Positions 26,634-37,020 of a DNA stretch of 64,000 nucleotides are shown piece after piece. The translations under genes and the position numbers were made by a program. Each line of letters opens with the position of its first letter. Positions within the stretch are counted from its first letter, which is position 1. Origin of the DNA: Somniosus microcephalus (taxonomy: Eukaryota); contig CM126203.1 of NCBI GenBank assembly GCA_052327205.1, positions 90,458,001 through 90,522,000 of the forward strand, read 5' to 3'. The notes beneath the pieces were generated by a model. The model did no database searches. It was not told the DNA's origin and saw only the letters and a program-made list of their open reading frames with translations.

Positions 26634-27270
26634 GGCCTAGAAATTCAGTTGGCGCCGCGCCAGGGCTTTAGCGCCGGAAAGTTAGCGCCGGCGCTAAGTC
26701 CCCCTGCGCGCGCCAAAAATTCAGTAGCGCCGCGCCCAAACGGCTGCCGGCGCTACTGAAGGGTGTTTGCGCCTGAAAACTGGCGCTACGCGCCGCATTG
26801 CGGCGCTATTCCGGCGCCCGATGCGGTGCGGCAGGCTCGGGAAGTGCAGACCTCCTCCTTCAGTTAAGGAGGAGCTGCCTGCACCCGCCCTCGCAGCCGA
26901 GAAGCATCTGTTCCGCGGGGGGGGGGGGTGGGGGAGTCCGGGGAGGGAGGTGCGGGCAGGCGGCCGGCGGGAAAGCGGCCGGCCGCCGCTCCACCTTTAT
27001 GCGCCGGCTCAAAGTCATGTAAGACTCTGTTGCCAGAGTCTTAGTTGCGGCTGCCACGGGCGAGGCGGCCGCAACTGAATTTCGGCGCTGGGGCCCGTCG
27101 GCATGGCAACCGGGACGCTGCGCACACCAATGACGTCATCGGTGCCGGCGCAGCGCTACCGGTCTACCGCCGATTCCAGGGCCCCAGGGAATTTTTAAAC
27201 TGGCCATAACTCCGGCGCTAGGCCCTCCAGCGCCCCAAATGGGGCGCTAGGCCTACTGAATTTCTAGGCC
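26634..27270. mobile_element. Harbinger MITE with TIRs identical to the two-gene element
   Basis: 16-bp TIR GGCCTAGAAATTCAGT at both ends; flanks ACT/AAT; dense TAGCGCC/GGCGCTA motifs. Confidence 0.9.
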
Positions 27271-27832
27271 AATGAACCTTTACCAGTAACCTAGAATGAT
27301 GTTTTAATCTGTTGTAATGCCCAGAGTCAGGTACACACAGACTTTCTCTTTTCCTTCTTTCTGCTTTTTAAAGTATTTCCTCTGTCTCTCCTTTCTTGGT
27401 TCTCCCCTGTTCCATGCAGCTTTCCCAGCCAAGAGGACAGGCAGGAAAGCTGTCCGCCTTCTGCCAATCTGAAGCCGCCTACTAGGAGGTTAAAGGAACA
27501 GTTTGGGGGTATTTTTTCTCTAATTTTCCTTTCCTCCTTTCAGCAGCTCTTCACAAAGGTTTGGCAAAGAGCCAGAAATGAATGTGTGGAGGATCATCTA
27601 TTCAAACCCATGTCTCACCCACTCTGTAGTGCAACCCAGTGGAAACTCCAACTACATTCTACCAAGCCAACATTTTCTTAAATGAACTTCAGTATTACTG
27701 TGGACGTCAGCTTCCACAGTGCATTTATTAGGGGCACAAGTGCATCCGTGGTTGCTAGATGTCCAGTGTGGGGCAGTGTGAGTCCCTTGAGGAGGGATAT
27801 GCATTCTTGCTCCCTGTTTGTAATCAGCCCAT

Positions 27833-28290
27833 GGGGTAAAAATTCAAGCAGCGCACATCCAAAGCAAGAGGCCCGAGGATCACTAGAAATTGGTCCTCGG
27901 GCCTCAAGTGAATAATTGTGGCGAGCCTCCACAGGCAGCTAACCCGATGGGCAAGGCCAATGTCAGGCCGCTTACCTCGCCTGCACTGGCCCTCAGGTAA
28001 AGTCCCAGGAGGGGGTTTGGAGTGGGCTATGAGGGTGGGTGGGGGGCGGGGTGGGGGGGGAGCGGTGATTGCAACTCCTGTGGAGTTGGGGGAACACTCT
28101 GGCTCTTCCTGGCTCCACAGGAAGGTTATTTTGAAAAAACAAAATTTTAAAAACTTACCTTTGGTTGGCCGGTTATGGGGCCACTGAAGATTCTTGAGCG
28201 AGGCAGGCCTGACACCTGCCCAGTTCTTCAGTGACCAATTTGTCAAAGAGGTATTGTAAGGGGCTCGGGACACCTAAAAAATAGGTGGAG
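27833..28290. mobile_element. Degenerate MITE-like element
   Basis: GGGGTAAAAATTC start; internal CTTCCTGGCTCCACAG and AAACTTACCTTT shared with the 12.5-13.1 kb element. Boundaries are uncertain. Confidence 0.4.
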
Positions 28291-28795
28291 GGGCAGGAAA
28301 TTGAGGAACGGCAGCACTTAGAGGAAAGGACCTGCTCAGACTCATTTTTGTTAGCAGATTTTGACATGTTGAACAGGCATTGAAACATTGACTGTTTACA
28401 GCCATCTTAACTCTGCCCCAATTTAAGTCTAAGTGATCACATCTCATTACAAAGAACCTCTGAAGAGAAGCACCAATAATTTTTCCTTTCAACAGCTCAG
28501 GCAGGGAATATGATGCAGCCATGTCTCAGTGATAACTTAGTCGAGCAGCCAGGGGAGCAGCTGTCCCATTCAACCAGAACAAATGTCCAAGCCTTTATTT
28601 GTTTGTACAGGTATTCAGTAATCAAGCCAAGATAACCTCCTGTTGTGCTCTCTTTGGACAGGACACAAGAGGTCAGGGAGCCCAAAGAAGAAATAAATCA
28701 TATGTGGCAGAGCCACCAGGGGACTCTGATCTAATGTACATAATTATCTTTAACAAATTATTAGCTACAGAATGAATCTGTATCTTTGTTCATAT

Positions 28796-29070
28796 TATTG
28801 CATGTACATAGCGCGGTCCCTTTAAGAATGAGACCAAATGCGATGACGTCATCACGTTGATCATGTGATCCTCCAGCGGCGGGAAAACGTGATGACGTCA
28901 GGCTGGGGAGCCGCCCTAGCCAGTCCTCGTGGAGCCAGCAAGGAGTACAGACCTGTAATTTAGTTCTCCTGTGTTTTCATGTTAAACTCTGTTGAATAGT
29001 ATTAAACATCGTTTGTTTGATAGACTGACTCGACCTCACTCCTTTAGTTAGGAATCTAGCCATTCCTACA
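28796..29070 (+). mobile_element. Solo LTR (275 bp)
   Basis: 5-bp direct repeat CATAT (28791-28795, 29071-29075); TATTG (likely mutated TGTTG)...TACA ends; ATTAAA at 29001; two TGACGTCA sites. Confidence 0.65.
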
Positions 29071-30073
29071 CATATACTCGTTCACTAACTATGCATTGTG
29101 GTTATAAGAAAGGTGAGAGATGGCAGTAATGTTTGGTTTTGTTAAAAAGTGTTTCCCAAATTCTATATTGTAACTTGGTCAAAGCATTATTTGTAAGTTT
29201 TGCTCACTATCTTGATGTACAATTTATGATACAAGCACCTTTGCTAAAAGCCCCTGTGCATTTTGTTAGATTTGTTCCTACTTGACTACTATAAACTTTG
29301 GAACTCAGATCCTTATTTTACTAGGATATTAAGCATAAGCTCCAGACTGAGCTCCAAATCCAAAGCTACCCAAATTGGAGCAGTTTGAGCTAAATTCCTA
29401 AATTCTGGAATTGAGCCAGTTCAGTCAGAAGGTAATTTTAACTTAACCCTCCCGATAGGAACTGATAGGATGGGACCGGCCGGCCGTTTTATACCCTGCT
29501 CCATTTTACTTTCCACTGACTTCAACGGAAAGTGAAATCGGGCGGACTATAAATTGGGCAGCCGATACAATCCTGTCAGTTTCCCTCTGGACAGGTTAGG
29601 TTGAAATCACTCCACTAAAAGTTCAGATCTGCCTGTCCTTTTGGGAGACAAGACTGTAGTGTCTCTACTGCTGTCCCAGCTGTGATCCACTAACTCAGCA
29701 GAAACCCAGGGACTGAACCCGAGACCTGATGATGTGTGAAAATCTCACCTGGACTCCGTAGTGTGCACGACATTGCTCTGTTTGAGCTGTTCCACCCAGT
29801 TTAAGTGGTTGATGTTTTTACCTGTTTTACTTACCCAAATGAAACTGCTCGATACTGTTTGACTAACACTAAGAAGTACATAGGAACACCTATATACATA
29901 AGAACCGCTAGCATTTTAGGGAAAGTGTTTTCCCTTCAATTCAGCATGGACTTCAGATATCGATTGTTAGGAACTCAATTTCAGATCATCCAAATCGGAG
30001 TCCAAATCAAAGTCCAAACGTATTCAAAGGACATTTATTCTAGGCACCAGCATAAAGGAGCCTCTTTGTCAGT

Positions 30074-30215
30074 TTTTCCAGTTCTGACGAAGGGTCATCG
30101 ACCTGAAACGTTAACTCTGTTTCTCTCTCTACAGATGCTGCCTGACCTGCTGAGTATTTCCAGCATTTTCTGTTTATATTTCAGATTTCCAGCATCCGCA
30201 GTATTTTGCTTTTGT
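30074..30215 (+). mobile_element. 142-bp Penelope-derived insertion
   Basis: 12-bp TSD CTCTTTGTCAGT (30062-30073, 30216-30227); homologous to 19293-19400. Confidence 0.85.
30080..30116 (+). ncRNA. Putative minimal type I hammerhead ribozyme motif
   Basis: AGTT-CTGACGA-A-GGGTC-ATC-GACCT-GAAAC-GTT-AACT: CUGANGA and GAAA cores, helix II, 4-bp helix I and palindromic ACGT for helix III. Confidence 0.6.
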
Positions 30216-31667
30216 CTCTTTGTCAGTGAGTTCAGCTGTACAGCACTAGCTGGTATTTCATTTCATATCTGGTGGATCATTCCAAAAGCAAACCAATACA
30301 AGATTCTTACCAGACACAACTCAAAGTAAAACTAAAGACTAAAATTGCTCCTTTTCCAAAAAAGCATGCGTGTTTCCTTCTTGTTAATTTCATTTAGACA
30401 AGCTCTGAGTTGTGAAGTATTCAGTAAGGACACACTCTGAGAAATGGGACTAGAGATTCAAGATTTGGCACTTCTTGTTCAGGCATTTGGACTATACACA
30501 AAGTTTATGAAAAGGCCTTGAAGTAAGCTCAGATGTTTTCCTAAGATTACTCTCTGCAATAGCTGACCTAACCAAAACAATCATCTTCACAGCTGATTTA
30601 AACCACGCTGTTGTTGCACATTACTGAACACGTGAACTCCCTGACTCCATTCAGCAGCTGGCACAGTTTGACTGCGGATTCCAAAAAAAAGTCACACTTG
30701 TGAAATGCTGTTGAGTGCGTTAAACAATTATTAGCCCACTGGCAACAACAGCCAAAACTTGCAATACTTGCTTATAGTCAGTCTTAAGTATTCACTCATG
30801 AGGTTAGTCGTTCCAAACAAGACACTGTCCAACATGCAATAAAGACTAGATCTGATGCACATTAAATTATTGAAACAGCTTAATGCAAAGCTGTTTGTGG
30901 GACCTTGCTGTGTGCAGATTTATAACCATGTGTCACTATTGTGATTCCATTTCAAAAGTAATCCAGTGGTAGTAAAGCACTCTGGGGTGTCTGAGGATAT
31001 GATAAAGTGCTATATAAATGCAAGTTCTTTTTTATAATTTGGAAATCTTACTCAGAAAGGGTACAAAGATGGCTGGCATGAGAAATGGAAAAAAATCATA
31101 CTTTTTCAATGCAAAAATATGCTAGATGTCTTAAATTTTAAGTTCATATCATACTGATTAATCTTCTACCAAACTGACAACCTGTACAATCACAAAATAA
31201 TACAGAACACTAAGGAGAGATGTGGGTGGTACCAGACCAGTGAATCTTGAAGAACACGTAACTAGTCAGTGAGGAAACATATTGCAGCACTTGGATCAAG
31301 ACTTTAGTCCAAGAGAATGTATAAGAATGGCCCAGGCATTTTCATTTTGGATCCGGTATGCATAACATTGGCACAGATTTCGTTGTACTACAATTAAGCA
31401 AGTCGGCCAATTCAGGGAGCTGTCCACCCTGCTTCAAACAGCAGCTGGTCTTTGTCCATAATAAGGCTGCAAATTTAACAAGAATTAACACGTCTAGGAA
31501 TTCTTATTTTGCTGAGCTATGGTGCTTTGATGAGCATGTGTTTTACTGGGCAGGCTGTTGTTTGTATGAAAAGTAACACAAGTATTTCTTTGAAGTTTCA
31601 TATCACCGTACTAGCGCAGTGCCGAGTTAAGACTCCTTAACTGAGTCTTAACTAAAGTGCTGTATAA

Positions 31668-31782
31668 TTGTAAGGGAAAGAGCAGGAGAGTGGGACTAAT
31701 TGCATAGCTCTTTCAAAGAGCCAAGGCACAGGCATGAGGGGCCGAATGGCCTCCTTCTGTGCGGTAAGATTCTATGATTTTT
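31668..31782 (+). mobile_element. CR1 LINE 3' tail fragment
   Basis: GGGCCGAATGGCCTCCTTCTGTGC...GATTCTATGATT, the shared CR1/HE1 3' terminus. Confidence 0.7.
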
Positions 31783-33679
31783 TTAAAATTTAGAAATCTT
31801 ACTCAGAAAGGGCACAAACATGGCTGGCATGAGAAATTGAAAATAAATCGTACTGTTTGGGCAGTGAGTGCTTTTCTGAGTCTGAGGCATGCTGTGGAAA
31901 CAAGTACAGGAAGCTTTCCACCTCACCAATACTGTATCTGACCTGGGAGGTTGGCACTGGTGGCCAAAAGTAGAGAAAAAGACATCTCTCATGTCAGTAA
32001 GTACAAATGATTCACCAAAAATAAGCAAATCAAAATCAGCAATACTGAAAAGTTCACATCAGAATTTTAAAGGAAGTGAGCAGTGAGCAAGAGAGTGAAG
32101 TTAGACTAGTACCTCATGTGGAGAAAAACATTGGTGCAGACTTGATTAGCTTAAAGATCTATTTTTGTGTTATAACATCCTGTGGGGCTGAACATCTGGA
32201 AGTCCCACTCTGCTGGCGCAACAGAACAGAACTCCAAGCCTTGACCATAGAACCTGTCCCATGGGTGAGCTGGAGGCTCTTCTTGGACTGAAGAAGCAAC
32301 AGCTAAAAAAACCTTCTATAGATTACCCTTATTTTCAGAGCTTCTGGAGCCTTTACAAAGCCTTAACGGAACTCTTTCCAGCTCTCAGTTGGCCAGCATT
32401 CCATTGAGGCCTTACAAAGGAGGGCTGGGCAGAATTCCTGAGGTAGACCGGGCCCCATGATTCTACGTGCTGCCAGTATGTTTGCAATGCCACTTTCAAA
32501 TATTTTCCCCAGTGATTTCTATCAAATTCAGTCTCTCTCATCCTTACCTTCCATATCAGTAAACATGGTACACTATTAGGGCAGCTGCAACTGAGTACTA
32601 GAATGCACAGCTTCATCAGTGAGTCACCAAGCTGGTTCCCAGCTCATCTCTGGCTCAGTCTATTGTTTTGCACATTGGTCTGTGGTGCTGTGCAATTATA
32701 TTTTCTTCAGGGTACAATTGGAAGCTTCATTCTGACCTGACCAGCTGGAATCCGACAAGGCATCCGACGATCTCTCGCCATAACTTTGGCAGAAGATCAG
32801 CAAAACCCCGGTAAAACAGCGTAAGCGGCCGTCTATGCTGTTTCTCCAGGGTTTCCGACGATCTTCCGCCTAAGTTTTTAGGGTAGAGTGTATCAATTCC
32901 AGGTGTGTGCATGTTGTGTATTCGTGGTGGTGCACTGCACTCTTCACTTGGATTCTGTGACTGCCTGGAACCCGTGAGTGAAGAATGGAGGGCAGTACAG
33001 AAACCTTGCACCTTGGAAATAACGGATAAAACTCAGATTTTTTGTAAACTACCAAGAAATGATTCATTTTTGTTTCAGTTGTGTGTGTCTCCCAGGGATA
33101 TGAGGTGTATCAAATTTTCACACGCACTCAAATTTAAATACAGTTAGAATTGTTGTAGTTGACCGAGCAGATATCAAAAAGTTGTAGTATGATGATTGCT
33201 TCTTGGGAAATAACCCGCTTAAAAAGGATTGATAAAATAAGATCCAAAATTTACTGCTGGAGATCAGATAAAAGCTGGAATCACTGACCTTTTACAGTAC
33301 ACAAATGTCACAGACTTAAAGCGAGAGGAGAAAGGTTAACAAAATGAAATTTTACAAAATGATTCTGAATGATCATAGACATAGAATATAAAAAAACATT
33401 ATATTTTAGAGCTTATGTCAATACTGAACATAAAATCAATAGAAGATCATGGTTGGAATTTTAATTTGGAGGCAGGTAGGGCGCGGGGAGCTGGAAAGTG
33501 ATCGGGAAACCTGGGAGAACGGGTTTCCCATAGGCCCTGCTGAATTTAATGGCAGGGCCTGATTAGCATTTCAAAGCACTGATTCCCGCCTGTAGCCAGC
33601 CAGGTGGAAAGCCTGGCTGGCTGTCAGGCGAGTAGGCCTGTGGCGCAAGACCGCAGAGAGGAGGGAGGGAGGGAATGGG

Positions 33680-34300
33680 GTTGGAGGCCGGAGGAGGATC
33701 GGGGTCGGAGGTCGGAGGAGGATCGGGGTCGGAGGAGGATCGGGTTCAGAGGGGGGAGGCCAGATGAGTATCGGGGTCGGAGGGGGGAGGTCAGAGGAGG
33801 ATCGGGGTCAGAGGGGGGGAGGCCAGAGGAGGATTGGGGTCGGAGGAGGATTGGGGTCAGAGGGAGGAGGCCAGAGGAGGATTGGGGTCGGAGGAGGATT
33901 GGGGTCAGAGCGGGGAGGCCAGGGGGGGATCGGGGTCGGAGGAGGATCGGGTTGGAGGATCGGGTCGCAGGAGGGAGGCTGGAGGAGGATCGGGGCCGGA
34001 GGAGGGAGGCCGGAGGAGGATCGGGGTCGGAGGAGGATCGGGGCCGGAGGAGGATCGGGGCCGGAGGGGGGAGGCCAGAGGAGGATCGAGGTCGGAGGAG
34101 GATCGGGTCGCAGGAGGATCGGGTCGCAGGAGGGAGGCTGGAGGAGGATCGGGGCCGGAGGAGGGAGGCTGGAGGAGGGTCGGAGGGAGGAGGCCGGAGG
34201 AGGATCGGGGTCGGAGGAGGATCAGGGCCGGAGGAGGATCGGGGTCGGAGGAGGACCGGGGTCGGAGGGCGGGAAGCCGGAGGAGGATCGGGACTGGAGG
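33680..34300 (+). repeat. G-rich minisatellite, left part
   Basis: Tandem variants of the 17-mer GGAGGAGGATCGGGGTC. Confidence 0.92.
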
Positions 34301-36293
34301 AGAATGGATTAGGAAAAAAAGGGGGGCTTTTGGCAGATACAAAGGACTAAAGACAGAGGAAGCCCTAGAGGAGTATAAAAAGTGCAGGGGGATACTTAAA
34401 AAAGAAATTAGGAGAGTGAGGAGGGGCCATGAAATAACACTGGTGAGCAAAATAAAGGAAAATCCTAAGGTGTTTTATAAGTATATTAAGGGCAAGAGGA
34501 TAACTAGGGAAAGAGTAGGGCCCATTAGGGACCAAAGTGGCAATCTGTGTGTGGAGCCAGAAGATGTAGGTGGAGTTTTAAATGAATTTTTTGCATCTGT
34601 GTTTACTATGGAGAAGGACAATGTAGACATAGAAATTGGGCAGGGGGACTGTGATATACTTGAACATATTAGCATCGAGAGGGAGGAGGTAATAGCGGTT
34701 TTAGCAGGCTTAAAAGTTGATAAATCCCCAGGCCCGGACGAGATGTATCCCAGGCTGCTGTGTGAGGCAAAGGAGGAGATTGCAGGGGCTGACACAAATT
34801 TTCAGAACCTCTCTGGCCAAAGGGGATGTGCCAGAGGACTGGAGAACAGCTAACGTAGTACCATTATTCAAGAAGGGTAGTAGGGATAAACCAGGGAATT
34901 ACAGGCCAGTGAGCCTAACATCAGTGGTAGGGAAATTATTGGAAAAAATTTAGAGGGACAGAATTAGTCTCCACTTGGAGAGGCAAGGATTAATCAGGGA
35001 TAGTCAGCATGGCTTTGTCAAGGGAAGATCATGTCTGACCAATTTGATTGAATTTTTTGAGGGGGTGACTAGGTGTGTGGATGAGGATAGTGCAGTGGAT
35101 GTGGTATACATGGATTTCAGTAAGGCTTTCGATAAAGTCCCGCAGAGGAGACTGGTCAAGAAGGTAAGAGCCCATGGGATCCAGGGTGCCTTGGCACATT
35201 GGATCCAAAACTGGCTTAGTGGCAGAAGGCAGAGGGTGATGGTCGAAGGTTGTTTTTGTGACTGGAAGCCTGTGTCCAGTGGGGTACCGCAGGGATCGGT
35301 GCTGGGTCCCTTGCTGTTTGTGGTCTACATAAATTATTTGGATGTGAATGTAAAAGGTATGATCAGTAAGTTCGCAGATGACACGAAAATTGGTGGGGTG
35401 GTAAATAGCGAGGAGGGTAGCCTCAGTCTGCAGGACGATATAGATGGGTTGGTCAGATGGGCGGAACAGTGGCAAATGGAATTTAACCCTGAAAAGTGTG
35501 AGGTGATGCATTTTGGAGGGACTAACAAGGCAAGGGAATACACAATGAATGGTAAGACCCTAGGAAAGACAGAGGATCAGAGGGACCTTGGTGTGCATGT
35601 ACATAGATCCCTGAAGGCAGTAGAACAGGTGGATAAGGTGGTTAAAAAGGCATATGGGATACTTGCCTTCATTAGCTGAGGCATAGAATATAAGAGCAGG
35701 GCGGTTATGATGGAGCTGTACAAAACGCTGGTTAGGCCACAGCTGGAATACTGTGTGCAGTTCTGGTCGCCACACTGTAGGAAGGATGTGATTGCTTTGG
35801 AGAGGGTGCAGAGGAAATTCACCAGGATGTTAGCTGGGCTGGAGCGCTTCAGCTATGAAGAAAAGACTGGACAGGCTGGGGTTGTTTTCCTTGGAGCAGA
35901 GAAGTCTGAGGGGGGACCTGATTGAGGTGTACAAAATTATGAGGGGTATAGATAGGGTAGATAGAAAGGAACTTTTTCCCTTAGTAGAGGGGTCAATAAC
36001 AAGGGGGAATAGATTCAAGGTAAGGGGCAGAAGGTTTAGAGGGGATTTGAGGAAGAACTTTTTCACCCAGAGGGTGGTTGGAATCTGGAACTCACTGCCT
36101 GAAAGGGTGGTAGAGGCAGGAACCCTCACAACATTCAAGAAGCATTTGGATGAGCACTTGAAATGCCATAGCATACAAGGCTACGGACCAAATGCTGGAA
36201 AATGGGATTAGATTAGACAGGGCTTGATGGCCGGCGCGGACGCGATGGGCCGAACGGCCTCTTTCTGTGCTGTATAACTCTATGACTCTATGA
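34300..36293 (+). mobile_element. 5'-truncated CR1 LINE of a second subfamily
   Basis: RT ORF pieces (end of 33834-34853, 34717-34953, 34975-35679, 35707-35925, 35855-36211); ACTCTATG repeat tail. Confidence 0.95.
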
Positions 36294-37020
36294 GGGTTGG
36301 GGTCGGAGGAGGATTGGGGTCGGAGGAGGATCGGGGCCGGAGGAGGGAGGCCAGAGGAGGATCAGGGTCGGAGGAGGATCGGGGCCGGAGGAGGATCGGG
36401 GATGGAGGGTGGGAAGCTGCAGGATCGTGGATGGAGGGCGGGAAGCCGGAGGAGGATTGGGGTCGGAGGAGGATCGGGGTTGGAGGGCGGGAAGCCGGAG
36501 GAGAATTGGGGTCGGAGGGCGGGAAGCCGGAGGAGGATTGGGGTCGGAGGGCGGGAAGCCGGAGGAGGATTGGGGTCGGAGGGCGGGAAGCCGGAGGAGG
36601 ATTGGGGTCGGAAGGCGGGAAGCTGGAGGAGGATTGGGGTCGGAGGGCGGGAAGCCGGAGGAGGATTGGGGTCGGAGGGCGGGAAGCCGGAGGAGGATCG
36701 GGGATGGAGGGCGGGAAGCTGCAGGATCGTGGATGGAGGGCGGGAAGCCGGAGGAGGATCAGGGTCGGAGGGCGGGAAGCTGCAGGATCCTGGATGGAGG
36801 GCGGGAAGCTGGAGGAGGATCGGGGTCAGAGGGCGGGAAGCCGCAGGAGGATCGGGGACGGAGGGCGGGAAGCCGCAGGAGGATCGGGGACGGAGGGCGG
36901 GAAGCCGGAGGAGGATCGGGGTCGGAGGGGAGGAAGCCAGAGGAGGATCGGGGTCAGAGGAGGGAGGCTGGAGGAGGATCGGGGCTGCAGGGGGGAGGGG
37001 AGATCGGAAGGGTCGGGGAG
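36294..37020 (+). repeat. G-rich minisatellite, right part
   Basis: 17-mer plus GGAGGGCGGGAAGCC 15-mer forming a 32-bp compound unit. Confidence 0.92.

Noticed and set aside
29805-30329. 174-aa ORF
   Set aside because: It runs across a TSD-flanked Penelope insertion and AT-rich flanks; a chance ORF.
32339-32442. Possible coding exon (ELLEPLQSLNGTLSSSQLASIPLRPYKGGLGRIPE)
   Set aside because: Open and preceded by TTTTCAG, but the donor is weak, I recognise no protein family and no partner exons are evident.
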